Positions 24,079-41,787 of a DNA stretch of 64,000 nucleotides are shown here, piece by piece. Numbering within the stretch: the first letter of the stretch is position 1; each line of letters opens with the position of its first letter. The position numbers and the translations under genes are program-made. Origin of the DNA: Camelus dromedarius (taxonomy: Eukaryota); contig NC_087437.1 in assembly GCF_036321535.1 (NCBI RefSeq), positions 15,502,001-15,566,000 of the forward strand. Direction: 5' to 3'. The notes under the pieces are model-generated. The model saw only the letters and a list, made by a program, of their open reading frames with translations. It ran no database searches and was not told the DNA's origin.

Positions 24079-25919
24079 GTAACGGCGGGAAGCCGCTGGG
24101 GCGCGCTCGCGGCAGCCCCGTAACCGCATGTGCGAACGTCGGACGGGCGAGGGGCGGCCGTGTCCCGGCCCGGAGGCAGTCCTGGCTGTGTTGGGGCCAC
24201 GGGCCGAGCAGCCATATGGCCCGGGGCGGGCTTCCTCTGCCGCCCGCTGGCCTCCAGGCCCGCCCCCGCCGCCTCGGCTCCGCCCCGGCGCCCCGCCCCT
24301 CGGCCTTGCCGCGGATGTCCTGCGGACCCGCGCAGCCCGATCTGACTTCCCTCGGCGCGCCGTCCGGGCCAGCCAGGTGGTCAGCCCTTCCCTGGAGGCC
24401 GGGCCGGCGGGAGGGCGGCGGGGTGGGCGAGCTGCTCATCTTCCCCGAGCGGAGTCAGCCGCGGGCCAGTCTTCCACTTCAGGGGAGGGACCCCCGGCAC
24501 AGCCCTCCCGCCTGGGCTGCCTTATCTGGTTAGCTTCCTAGCATTGTTGCGACTTAGGTCATTGACGGCAGGTGGTAGCGGTTCGTTTATGGGTGGGAAG
24601 TTTAGCGAGTTTTAAAACACGAGTTGGTTAAAAACGTTAACGTTAGTACAGGAGGCACGGAAGTAGGGCAGAAATCATGAAGGACTGAAGTTGGGGAACC
24701 CAGAACTCACGAATTGCTCCATACAGATCAGGGATGGGAAATAAATGATAAGAGTGATGGTTTAAAGGGGACGGCTTTAGAACACTTTAATCTGGAAGAT
24801 ATTTGAAGGCAGTAAATCTAGGCTTATAATGTTTTTCTTATGTCCCTTACAACATCCAAGAGTAAGGATGAGCCTGCTGTTAGTGACTAGTCTTCATTTA
24901 TAGTTATAGTAGACTTATTTGCACAAAGTATTTTCCGTGAGCCTTGCAGAAGATTCCTTAAGCCAGTCTTGGAAAAAAATTTTTTTTTCTTTCTTCAATA
25001 AAGCAGTATTGTAGCGTTAGTGCCCTGTGGTTATACAGTCCCCGCATGTTTGCATTTGATTTTATTTTCTATACGTGAAGAGGAAATCACCGTAAGAATC
25101 ATTAAGTTGAGATACCTTCAAATATTTAGATTATACTGATCATAGCTGTAGCTTAATGATATAGTAAAGTGTATGTATTTTCTTATTTGGAATGTAGTAT
25201 TGTATTTAGGTTGATTTTTATCTCGAGCATCTTGCCATTTGACTGTATCATTATCAGTCATCAGATATAGTAAGAAATAGTGAAGTTAAAAGTGGGTTAA
25301 ATATTTATAAACATTCAGTCACACTGAATGTTTTAAAACTTCAGGTTTTAAAAGTTATTTGTAGTGATTGTCTATGCTAATTGTACTGATGCCACTTGTG
25401 TCGCATTAAAAGATAGAATACCTTTGCTTTGTCCTTCCTGTCCTCACTTATGTACTAGTGGTGGCAGATGATGACAGCATGAGTAGTCCACTTTATCAGA
25501 GCTTCTTGCTTATAAATGTATGCCAACGTGATCTGAAATTCAATTAAAGCCAACACTGACATAGTTTCAGAAATTGAATTTTTGGTTTTTATGTTACCTT
25601 AATTTTTTTCTTCAAGAACTGTTTGTGTTTTGAGTTTTACAAAACCACAGTACTATCATCACACCTATGAAAATTAATAAAAATCCCATAATGTCAATAT
25701 TCAGTCTGAGTTCAGATTTTCCCAGCTATCCCATAGAATTAGCTTGTTTGCGTCAAAATGCCGTAGAGATCAATGTGTTGCATTGGGTTGATACGCCTTC
25801 TCAGTCTTTTTTGATATAGCAGTTTCATAGCCTCCCTTTTTCTCTTAACATTCTAGATTTATCTTTAATGTGTGCATGTATTCCCTTTATTTCCTTTAAA
25901 CCAGTAGTAAGATCTAGAA

Positions 25920-26110
25920 TTTTACTCTCCAAAATAGTAGGCATTAGCCAGCTGTGGCTATTTAAATGAATTAAAATGAAACTAAAATTTTCAGTTCCTT
26001 CATCGAATTGGCCACATTTCAAGTGTCCAGTGGTCACAGGTGCCTGCCTAATGACGATTCTTTGAATGGTGTATGTATAAATATTTCCATAACTGCAGAA
26101 AGTTCTGTTG
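25920..26110. mobile_element. MER3/MER33-type hAT-Charlie MITE
   Basis: gccacatttcaagtg and ttccataactgcagaaagttct motifs. Confidence 0.6.
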
Positions 26111-26829
26111 ATCTCTGATCTAGAAGCTTGATCAGATTCAGCCTTGACTCTTTGCAGGGTGAGGGTGGGGTGAGATTTCATAGGTGGTGGAAAAGACTTC
26201 AGAGAGGCACGTAGTGTCTGACTTTCCTCTTTTTCTGTGATGTTAAGATTGAGCAGCATAGTGGGTTCAGGTGTTGTCAGCCAATCCATCTATCATGAAA
26301 TTCCCCATGAGTCTCTCAATGGTGAGATACTTCCATGGATTTAGATTGCTTATAACCATTATTGCATTAGGGGTTGCAATATGGTGATTTTCTATCATTC
26401 TTCTGTATTTATTAGCTGGAAATTGTTTATGAAGAACTTTTTACCTCAGTTTTAATACAGTTTGTAGAGGGTTTTGCCTTTTTTTTTAATCATCATGAAT
26501 GTATAGACTTGAATATATTTAACCTATTTCAACCTAGTGCAGGGTTTTTGGGTTTTTTTGGGGTGGGGGATACTCACATTGTCCCGCTGTTGGCCAGTAG
26601 GTTAAGGTACATTTAGACAAGTTTAGCTTTCATTCCTGGTTTCTCTACTCTATTTCCCTTCCTTAAAGGATCATATTTACCAGTTTTGAGTTTATACTTC
26701 CATAAAAACAAATGCAGTATATATATGCATTATATATTATATATGTGTGTATAGTTATATATATTTAATATATTTTAATATTTCTATTATACATGGAATG
26801 TAATTGATATTTATATGGTATATCTATAG

Positions 26830-27650
26830 TTTTCTCCTTTTTTAGGTAAAAGGTATTATTTGCATGTACTGTTTCATATCTTACTTTTTTCATCTAGTAT
26901 TACATACTCTGTAGATCCCATCATAGAAGTATGTAGAAATTGTTTCCCCTTTTCACAGTGTCATAGTATTATTCCATTGGTGGATGAATATTCAGCTAGT
27001 CCCCTGTTGATGGGCAATTGTGTTGCTTCCTGCTATTGCAAATAGCCCTGCAGTGTACATCTTTCTGCATGTATGATTTTGTATTCTTGCCAACATATGT
27101 TTGGGATAGAGTCCTAGAAGTGGCATCATTGGATCACAGGGTAAATGCATATGTATTAGTAGCTAACTATGGCAAAAATTTCTGCTGTAGTTGTACCATT
27201 TTGCATTCCCGCCTACAAAGTATGTGAATGCCTGTTTCCCCGTAGCCTTGTCAGCAGAGGGTATTGTCAGACTTTTAAATTTTCGTTAACCAGATATAGA
27301 AGAAAGGGTAACTCAGTGTACTTAAAATTTGTATTTCTCTTATTGTGAGCAAGGCTGAGCATCTTTTCATATGTTTAAGGTCATCTGCATTTCTTTTTCT
27401 CTGAACTCTTTGTTCATATATCTTCTGCTCATTTTTTTTATAGATTTCTTTTTTTTCCCCTCAATTTTTAGAAGCTCTTTATATATCTGGATAATTAAGC
27501 TCTCATGACAAAACGTCCAGATAATGTTGTCATTTATCTTTCAACTTTGTTTACAGCATTCTTCCCATGTAAAAGTGTATTTTTATCTACTCAGGTTTCT
27601 CAGTCTTCTCCCTTATTCTTTCTGGATTTTAAGTCATAGTTTGGACAGTG
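26830..27650 (-). mobile_element. Old L1 (L1M-type) fragment
   Basis: Degenerate antisense L1 ORF2-end and 3'UTR text (tgtaccattttgcattccc, gctgagcatcttttcatatgttta). Confidence 0.65.
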
Positions 27651-30600
27651 TTTTAAAATTTCATTTTTATTTTGGAAAATTTCTTTGATATTTTATCTGA
27701 TAGGTTCCTACTTAAACTTAAGGGAAAAACTCCTGGGCAGTGGTAAGTGACATTGATTATTTATTGGAGCAGCCACAGTTTAGTCACAGTATATCTGACA
27801 CAGCCATAGATTTCTGTAATCACTGTAATATCATGACAGGTAGGGGACAGAGCATAGTTATCCTCCAATTTCAATTCCAATATGTTAATGAATTTCAAAG
27901 ATTTGCCCATTATCTGATACCCTCTTTGGAGTCTCTTCTCTAAGGTTTAAAGTATGTTTTCCCTGCTTCCCAGACTTGGTGAAAAAGCCTTTATTTCCTT
28001 TAACCATCCCATTCCACATTTCACTGATTTAAAACAGGCTTCATTCCAAAGGAGAGTTATAATTAATAACTTCTGTTTATTGATGTCTTGGTCTGACTGC
28101 AGAAATGACTAAGATTGTCCTGTACCAGTCATAGGGCTACACAGTTTCCACTTAACTACATTAACATTTATGTTAGTGGCAAAGAGTAGCAGATTATCAA
28201 ACAGTAATTACTTAAATTTGTACTTAATATTATGGACAGAGAATAAACTTTACATAATAATCGCATGCCATAGCCAAAAAAGAATGCAAAGTGACACAGT
28301 GAATGGAGCTGAATGAGGGTCAGGTTGGTTAGGAAAAGAGTCAGAGATATAGCAGGAGATACGCAGATGAGAGAAGTCCACAGAAGATCGGAGTCCTTGC
28401 TGTTTACCTGAGGGATGAGAACTGATGCTTTGTCAGCTGCTCAAGCAGGTGGTGAAAGTATTGTTAAAAAAAATTAATCGTAAAAATATTTTATATTAGT
28501 AAGATTATTTTCCACAGAGAATGTTAATATATTAACATCCCCCTCCCCCGGCCTGGATCCCTACTTTTTTTTAAAGAACAGATGTCCTTGTCTTAGTCTC
28601 AGACCATGATTTTGATTTCTGAAATGGCAGTTTTCCCCCATGTGGACCGTTTTCACTACTGTGCTGCTTCCATCTAGTGGCCGTCTGGTGGTGATGCCAT
28701 CCTTCAGTTTATATTTTTTCCTGTGTCCAGACTTCAATTTGGTTTGGTTTTGTTTATGCTAAGAAGGCATTATTAAACCAAAAGAAGCTATGCTGATGTA
28801 TTTTAAGATCTGGAATACTGTAAAATATGTAAAGATTGCACATTGGCTGGAACTTGGTCACACTGCCTAGGTTTGAATCCTAGGACTATAGTGGTTATTT
28901 AACCTTCCGAGTCTCAGTTTCCTCAGAGTAGCATTACCTATCTTTTATGAATGTTATGAAGATTGAATTAGACAGTATAAACAAGACAGAACAGTTGAGC
29001 ATTCAGTGACTGTTAACTTCTATTCTAAATATTGCTAATCACTAAACAGTGTCATCCAGAAAATATACTAATGTATTGTATGTTACTAAATCTGTATTAC
29101 TAATATATATTACTAAATGTATTATTTGAGAATGACATGACCTAAAGAAGTATAATTTTAGTAATGGTAGTTGTGAATAACTGGTAGCACTGTCCTTAGG
29201 AATAGCACTTTCCTACATGTTTAATAAATACCCTTGTAGGGTTTTCAGGGGTGTGATACAGTAGACGTGTAATTGGCTGTTAGAATCCCAATAAAAAGCT
29301 GGAAGAAACCTTGGAGATGATACAGGTCATGCCCCTCACTTTATAGAGGTAAAAACTAAAGCCCAAGAATACACAGCTAGGTAGTTGCAGAGCATGACTC
29401 TATCCTGGGTCCCCACCTACATGGTGCTGTGGGAACTGTGTACTGCTGCTCAGTTCCCTAGAGTGGATCAAAACACAGAATCTGTGCTGGGCTGTAATTG
29501 ACCGTATCATCCTTTGAAAGAAAGTGGAGTAGAACCTGAAAAGCTTTTTCTTTAGGTTTTCGTTTTATCTAATGTTGGTGTAATATGAAGAATAAATCAA
29601 CTGGAAAAAAATTTCCTCTGCCATATTTGTGCGTGAATACTTAATACTCCTGTTAGTAACTTTAGAAATAGATGCAAATAATATGCTGTGATTGTATTTC
29701 CCAGTCTTTTTGTTCTCCTGTGTCTCCAGGACACCCTATGTATGCCTCTGTCACTACATTTATCACACTAGGGGAACATTTTGGTTAATTTTTTCTTTCC
29801 CATACTGGGCTGTTAATTCCTTGAAAGGGGCTGTTTCATCTGTATATATCTAGTGGTTAGTACGACACTGAATTCTTTGTTGTATGGAGGAGTCCTCGTC
29901 TCAGAGCAGTATAATTTGAACACAAGGCATTAGGACAAAGGGGTGGAACCTGCACCCAGTCTTTGGGAATTATCTAAAGACTAATTCACGGTTGAGCTTA
30001 TGAAGGTTTAAGGAAAAAAGCAGTTTCTCAGGAGTGAAAAGTAGTCTGATGTTGATGAAATTTGAAGATTTGTGGTAAGAGGTGAGAAACCTATAGCAGG
30101 TACTACTCATTGGCACTTCCGAATTTAAGGGTGGTCCTTCCTCTCTCCTTCTCACCTTCCGTTCTTTGTGGTGTGTCTCTCCCTTTCTATGAGAATCTGT
30201 TCCATCTCCCGTCCCCTCTTTCTATGCTAGACTCCTCTCTCTGGTTCTCCAGTTTGCGTAGTTGGGGAGGTAGAAAGGGAGGGGAATTGAGGTAAGTTCA
30301 GCCAAAAGCCTCCAGCTCAGACCAGGTAGAAATGCTGCACTAAGCTCTGGAGCTGCGGGAATGAACAAAACTGGTTTTCTGACCTAGAGGGTTGAATAGT
30401 AAGGGAAAAGGATGTGCAGAAAACATTTGCAGTGTGGTGTAACTCCTCTGCAAGAACTTGTTAAGGACCGGGAGCAATGACGTGCAGAGGGAGGGCCCAC
30501 ACAGCTGCCTCTCAGGGGAGGGAGGGTGTTCTAGGAGCTTCATGGGCCTGTCATCCAGAGGGTGAATAGGCTCTCCCGTGATGGACCAAAGAGCTCAAGC

Positions 30601-31064
30601 TCAGGGCATTTAATTGTTTTACAATAACTATTTCAAAAAAAAAACTACACTTTTACTCTGACCGGTGTGACCCCCTAATTTCTTCCTCTCATTTTGTAAG
30701 TGTCGGTGTCCCTCTGCTTCTAGCACCCCATCCCGCCCCGGGCCCACCCTTACATGAGGACGTAGGGATGCCACAGTGTGGCATTTGATTTCAGTTGTGC
30801 GGGGGGAGTGTCGACAGCAATTCAGATCATATTAAGTTATCTTCTTTTAGTCTGAAATGTGTTTGGTTCTAGTATTTCTTGAAGAGATGCTCCTTGACTG
30901 TTTCTACAGTCATCCTAAGAAGTGCTGCGTTTTCTCATTATTTTTTGTATGCATTCATTCACATTCTTAAGTTTGTAAGTTGAAAAGTTAGAACATAAAA
31001 AAATGAATTTTCTCCTGACTGACTGTTTTGCTTTCCCAGTTGCCAAAACAAAGGGGATTTGGCG

Positions 31065-31108
31065 ATGGAGGCTTTGTTGGAAGGAATACAAAATCGGGGA
31101 CGTGATGG
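31065..31108 (+). CDS. CEP63: Centrosomal protein 63, first coding exon (exon starts at 31040)
   Basis: Acceptor ttttgctttcccag, Kozak GCGATGG, encodes MEALLEGIQNRGRDG, donor GG|gtaagt. Matches the CEP63 N-terminus. Confidence 0.95.
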
Positions 31109-32040
31109 GTAAGTTGGCTTTTGACCCTAAGCTTCTCACTGAGTTTAAAAAGCATATCTGAGTTATGCCTCTGACCTTGTTGTGCTTTGGGTGTAGAAGC
31201 AGAAGTGGGAGCAAAAGCTCGGCTGATCCGTGTCATGTTGTGTACAGCATCTCTCTGGGGTGTTTGCCTCGTTTCAGCAGTGCGAAGCTGAACGCTTGCC
31301 TTCATCCCACTTTAAATTTTCTACTCTTAAAAAGCAAAGCCTGTGCAGATTTTGTGACTCTAAGAACACATGCTTTTTAAAAAAAGTACTTAAGCCTTAG
31401 TAGTTCTCTCTCTGTGGTCATTCCTGGAAACCTCTTTGAGTGCAGCACATCTGTGTCCACTTCTGTTTTTACCTTTGCAATGTCAGGCATCTCCTGAAAC
31501 ATTGAAGGATATCAGTAAGTTACAGTAATAAGGTAGGTTGCACTAAGTTTCTAATAATAAGGTGGAAAGAAATAGTTGAAATACACTTGGCTCAAGGATG
31601 AATTTCTTGAAACAGCTCTTAAAATTGTATAGTCATTCTCCTGATAGCCAGCTTGTTTCCAAAGATAAAAATTTGGCTAGCTGTGAGAGTGACATAGGCT
31701 TGCCTGGATTCTTGCTGAAAGCTTACCTAAAATGATACAGAAGGGCTGTTGTTGGTTGTGGAAGTCTCACTCACAAGCCAGACTTCAAACGTCAACCTTG
31801 TGTTTGACCAAATAACTTATGCTTTAGGTTGGCTATTAGAGGAAGACAGACTGTCCTGTGGAATAAATAATCACCGTTTATGCGCATTAAAAGGACAAGC
31901 TCAGAGACTCTGTTCTTTGCTTCTGATAATTTATTTGTTGTCATTGTTCCACCTCGGGTAGGTCTGCATCTGCATTTTTACATGTGAAGGATGAAAAGCC
32001 ACTTGGACATACGTTCTTAAGGGTTTGTTCTTATTTATAG

Positions 32041-32218
32041 GGGATTTTTGACATCCTGTGAAGCAGAACTACAGGAGCTCATGAAACAGATTGACATAAT
32101 GGTAGCTCATAAAAAATCTGAGTGGGAAGGACAGACACATGCTCTTGAAACTTGCTTGGACATCCGTGAACAGGAACTTAAGGCTCTCAGGAGCCAATTG
32201 GATATGAAACACAAAGAG
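32041..32218 (+). CDS. CEP63: CEP63 coding exon 2
   Basis: AG/GT bounded, 178 nt, phase fits the previous exon. Encodes [59 protein letters not shown]. Confidence 0.97.
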
Positions 32219-32309
32219 GTAAAGCAGATGATTCACTGCTCTTTTTGATATTTTCACTTTGCCTTTTATAATAAATATGTTTCTTAAATATTTGTTGAGG
32301 GAAACATTA

Positions 32310-37150
<4,841 letters not shown>

Positions 37151-37468
37151 AGTGATACATGTTTATAACCCAGAGAAAGCATTTGTGTGTCAACATAGTT
37201 TCTACACTATCTTAATTCTGATGGTTTCTTTCAGAAGAAAAATTCATTGGTGAAAATGGCATAAGAATATTAATATTTGTTTCAAGGATCATGTTACCTC
37301 TGTCACATGTAATACATACATAAGTCATTTAGAAAATAAAAATATAAAGTATGTCACATGATCTTTGTAAAACTTCATTCTATTACATGCTCATGTTAAC
37401 AATCATTGAATTTGGTGAATATTGTTTTTGGCCTCATTGTATGCTTACTACAAAAAGTTAAGCCCCAG

Positions 37469-40400
37469 GGATCCAGGTCAAGATGGATGAGTGTTAGGAG
37501 CTCACCTCTTCCTCACAACTAGAACGAAACCACAACTGAATGCTAAACAACCATAGAAAAAAAGACTGGAACTTAGCAAAAAAAAATAGATCTTCTGTGA
37601 CTGGAAACGTAGAGAATCACAGCAGGATGTTAGGACAGGGGTGCTTGCAATATAATTGGGCCTCATAACCCCCGGGTGGGTGACCCACAAGCTGAAGAAT
37701 AGTTAAGTCACAGAGGCCCTCCCACAGGAGTGAGCCCCACGTCAAGCTCCCCAGACTGGGGTTCCAGCATTGGGAGGAGAAGGAGACCCCAGGACACCTG
37801 GTTTTGGAGGCCAGCGGGGCTTGGTTCCGGGAGCCCCACGGGGCTGGGGGAAATGGAGACTCCATTTGCTTGGCAAACGTACACAGAAGCTCGCATGTGC
37901 CAGGTCCAAGGGCAGAAGCAGTGATTTCATGGGAACCTGGGCCAGGCCTGCCTGCTGGATTTGGAGGGTCTCCTGGAGACATGGGAGATAGCTGCAGCTC
38001 ACTCAGGGTACATAAAAGCTGGTGGTGGTCATTCCAGAAGTGTTCATCTATATGAGCTTTCCTGGAGGCTGACATCTTGATTGGATCATTAGCACCAAGA
38101 CCTAGCCCCACCCAACAGCCTCAAGCCAAACAACATGTAGGGTGAGAACACAGCCCCACCATCAGCAGACTTCCTGGGTCGCAAAGACCTCTAGACACGG
38201 CCCTGCCCACCAGAGGTCCAGGACCAAGCTTCACCCAGCAGTGGACAAGCACCAGCTCCTCCTGCCAGGAAACCTGCGTAAGCCTCTAGTCCAGCCTCAT
38301 CCACCAGGGGCAGATACTAGAAATAAGAAAACAACAATCCCAAAGCCTGTGGAAGGAATCCACAAACACACAGAAAGATAGATGATATGAGGTGGCAAAG
38401 GAATATCCCCCAGGCCAAGGCACAAAATAAAATCCCAGAAGTAAGTGATGAGGAGATAGGCAATTTATCTGAGAAAGAGTTTTAAAGTAATGATGGCAAA
38501 GATGGTCAGAGAACTCAAGAGGAGTATAGGTGCACACACTGATGTTTTTAGCAAAGAGTTAGAAAATATAAAGAACACCCAGAGTTGAAGAATAAAATCA
38601 CTGAAATGAGTAACACACTAGAAGGAACCAAGAATAGACTAAATGATGCAGAAGAACGGATCAGTGAGCTAGAAGACAGATCAGTGGAGATCACTACTGC
38701 AGAAGAGAAAAAAGAATGAAAAGAAACGAGGATAGTTTAAGAGAACTCTGGGACAACATGAAGCACAATGATATTCACATTATAGGGGTCCCAGAAAGAG
38801 AAGAGAGAGAAAGGACCTGAGAAACTTTTTGGAGAGATAATCACTGAAAACTTTCCCAACTTGGGAAAGGAAACAGTCACCCAAGTCCAGGAAGCACAGA
38901 GAGTACCATACAGGATCAACTCAAAGAGGAACATGCCAAGGCACATAGTCATCAAATTGACCACAATTAAGGATAAGGAGAAAATATTAAAATTAGCAAG
39001 GGAAAAGCAACAAATAACATACAAGGGAGCTCTCGTAAGGTTATCAGCTGATTTTTCAGCAGAAACTCTACAGGCCAGAAGGGAGCAGCATGACAATATT
39101 TAAAGTGATGAAGGGAAAACTTACAACCAAGAATACTCTGCCCAACAAGGCTCTCGTTCAGACTGATGGAGAAATCAAAAGCTTCACAGATAAACAAAAG
39201 CTAAAAGATTTCAGCACCACCAAACCAGTTTTACAACAAATGTTAAAAGACCTTCTCTAGTCATCAAACCATAAGGAAAGAAAACAAAAAGAAGAAAGAG
39301 GGAAAAAAACAGACGCGTACAAAAGATTGCTTTGGCAGTTCAGGGTCTTTTGTGGTTCCTTGTAAATTTTGGAGTTGTTTGTTCTAGTTCTGTGAGGAAT
39401 GTTGTGACTATTTTGACAGGGGTTGCATTGAATCTGTGGATTGCTTTGGGTAGTGTGGCCATTTTGATAGTGTTGATACTTTCAATCCAAGAGCACAAGA
39501 AATCTTTTCAATTTTGTGTGTCATTTCAGTTTTCAGAGGATAGGTAACCTCCTTGGTTAAGTTTATTTCTAGGTATTTTGATGTTTTTGATGTAATGAAA
39601 ATGTTCATGCTGGTTATAAAGTTCTGGTTTTTGAAGTGAAAAAAAAAAGTGAATGAAGGGCTGCAAATGGCAAAATATCCTTCTTATGGGTGAGCTGTAT
39701 TCCATTACATATATATGCTGCATCTTCATTATCTATTCAACTATTGATGTGTACTTAGGATGCTTCCATATGTTGGCAATTATAAATGATTATAAATTTA
39801 TAAATATAAATTATGAATAATGTTGCTGTTAACAGCAGGGTGTATGTATCTTTTTGAATTCTTATTTTGTGGTTGGTTTTATTCCTTTGATAACACTATG
39901 TAAGTTTAAAAAGCTAAAGCTGTAAATGTTCTTAGAAACAATGAACAGTACATATATATAAATTTAAAAATGCATGTGCAGTTAAAAAAAAAAAAGAAAT
40001 AAGCTATCAAGCCATGAAAGACATGGAAGAAACTTAAAAGACATATTACTAAATGAAAGAAGCCAGTCTGAAAAGGCTACAAACTGTACGATTCCAACCA
40101 AATGACATTCTGGAAAAGGCATAGCTACAGAAACAATAAAAAAAACTGTGGTTTCCAGGGATTTGGGGAGAGGGAGGGAGGGAGGAATGAATTGATGAAG
40201 CACAAGGGATTTTTAGGGCAATGAGTTACTCTGTATGATACCATAGTGGTGGCTACATGTCATTATGCATTTGTCAAAACCCATAGAATGTACAACATTT
40301 AGATTGAATCCTAATGTAAACTATGGACTTTGGTTGATAATAATGTGCCCATGTTGATTCATCTATTGTACCAAATAAGCCACACTGATGAGTAATGTTG

Positions 40401-40517
40401 AGGGTAGGGAAGTATGTTGTGTGGGGGGAGGGCTATGTGAAAACTCTGTATTTTCTGCTCATTTCTGCTGTGAACCTGAAACTGCTCTAAAAAAATAAGG
40501 TCTATTAATAAAAAAAA
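37469..40517 (+). mobile_element. Mosaic L1 insertion: sense 5'UTR+ORF1, inverted ORF2/3'UTR pieces, old L1MC-type 3' end, A tail
   Basis: ORF 38861-39103 is L1 ORF1 (QEAQRVPYRINSKRNMPRHIVIKL). ORF 39408-39608 on the - strand is ORF2-like. TSD aaaaagttaag(c/a)cccag at 37452-37468 and 40518-40534. Confidence 0.8.
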
Positions 40518-40728
40518 AAAAAGTTAAGACCCAGATTCAATAATTTATCTCTTTTGGTTAGATTTAAACTAAAATTCAGGAAGCTCTTTTTTAAAAAATT
40601 GTTGAAAATTAGGGGAAAAGAAAGAAAAAAGGAAAATAAAAATTATTTGTGATCTCACCACTCATAGTTATTGGTGATTTGGGGAAAAAGCTTAATAATA
40701 CTTGCTCATTGATTTCTCTTCATTTAGC

Positions 40729-40886
40729 GGGGAGAGGATAGCTCAGCGGTCAGGTGCCTGCTTAGCATGCATGAAGTCCTGGGTTCAATCCCCAGTGCCT
40801 CCACTGAAAAACCAAGTAAATAAATAAACCTAATCACCTCCCTCCACAAAAAAAATTTAAAAAAAAAGAAAAGAAAGACTGACTTC
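40729..40886 (+). mobile_element. tRNA-Ala-derived SINE (vic-1-like)
   Basis: A box TAGCTCAGCGG, B box GGTTCAATCC, A-rich tail. 17-bp TSD atttctctt(c/a)atttagc at 40712-40728 and 40887-40903. Confidence 0.9.
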
Positions 40887-41275
40887 ATTTCTCTTAATTT
40901 AGCTGGTACAGTAATAAGAACATTGAATATTAGAAGAGAGGCAAAAAGCATTTATAAGTGCAGAAATTGCCTCTGAATTTCTGGCATCAATGTCAATCTC
41001 AGAAGGACTGGAAGAGTCGTAGGGAAACACTGGTCCCAAGCCCCACTTAGATGGGCTTTCCTACCAGTGGGATCACCACTTGTTAGTGCTGTCATTTAGC
41101 TTCTGTGAATGGTCCACTGAGATTATGATTCTGTTGGTGACACTCACTTATCAAGGATATTTTAGAAAGGTTCCATGTCACCTCACAAGGAAAGAGTTAG
41201 GCTTCACAAAGTATTTATTCCTTTTCAAGAGAATCTCTCAATGGTTGGCCATTCACACTTTGGGTCAAAGCAATG

Positions 41276-41472
41276 CAGTTGACCCTGGAACAATGTGTGG
41301 GTTAGGGGCATTGACCCCCAACACACTTGAAAATCCACATTTAACTTTACAGTCAACCCTCCTTATCTGTGATTCCATACTTGAGAATTCATGTAGTACT
41401 GTATTATTATTGAAAAAAATCCACATGTAGGTGGACCCATGCAGTTAAACCATGTTGTTCAAGGCTCAACTG
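41276..41472. mobile_element. MER8/Tigger2-type MITE
   Basis: Terminal inverted repeats CAGTTGACCCTGGAACAA...TTGTTCAAGGCTCAACTG followed by TA. Confidence 0.8.
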
Positions 41473-41787
41473 TACATAGCAATATTGGCCATTTTGGATT
41501 CAGTGTTCTGAGAATGTCACTTGCTAAACCAATTTATTTTAAACTTTGGGTAGACGTTTGAGAATATATTTTAAAATTATACCTCATGCAGATGTATAAA
41601 AGGTGATTAAAAAAAAAAGTACATGGACTGATAATTTGATTTTTTTTAAATGATGATTTAGGTAGGGTCAGTTCTTGTCTAGCAACTTTAGTTACTACTT
41701 CTTTATTTCTCCTGGGGCAAAACAAAAGTAATTCTGTTTAGTAAATTGAAGCAATAGTGCTTTCCTAGAAAAAAACAAAACACTGGA

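Larger units (their letters stand above)
23330..24560. promoter_or_regulatory. CpG island / bidirectional promoter shared by ANAPC13 and CEP63
   Basis: Very GC- and CpG-rich stretch between divergent genes. Contains GTCACGTGAC (23894-23903), ETS-type CCGGATGT (23926-23933), NRF1-type CGCGCACGCGCG on the - strand (24054-24065) and GC boxes. Confidence 0.9.

Noticed and set aside
23526..24541. Arg/Pro/Gly-rich ORFs in the CpG island
   Set aside because: Typical stop-poor artefacts of GC-rich promoter sequence.
32048..32248. ORF-track start MTSCEAEL and the alternative identity DEUP1 (CEP63 paralogue)
   Set aside because: The track start is an internal TTG and the true ATG is at 31065. The MEALLEGIQNRG N-terminus and the head-to-head arrangement with ANAPC13 identify CEP63.
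40729..40803. tRNA-Ala(AGC)-like genes (also at 11635 and 9857-9929)
   Set aside because: Stems are imperfect and the copies carry A-rich tails, two with clear TSDs. These are SINE copies, not tRNA genes.
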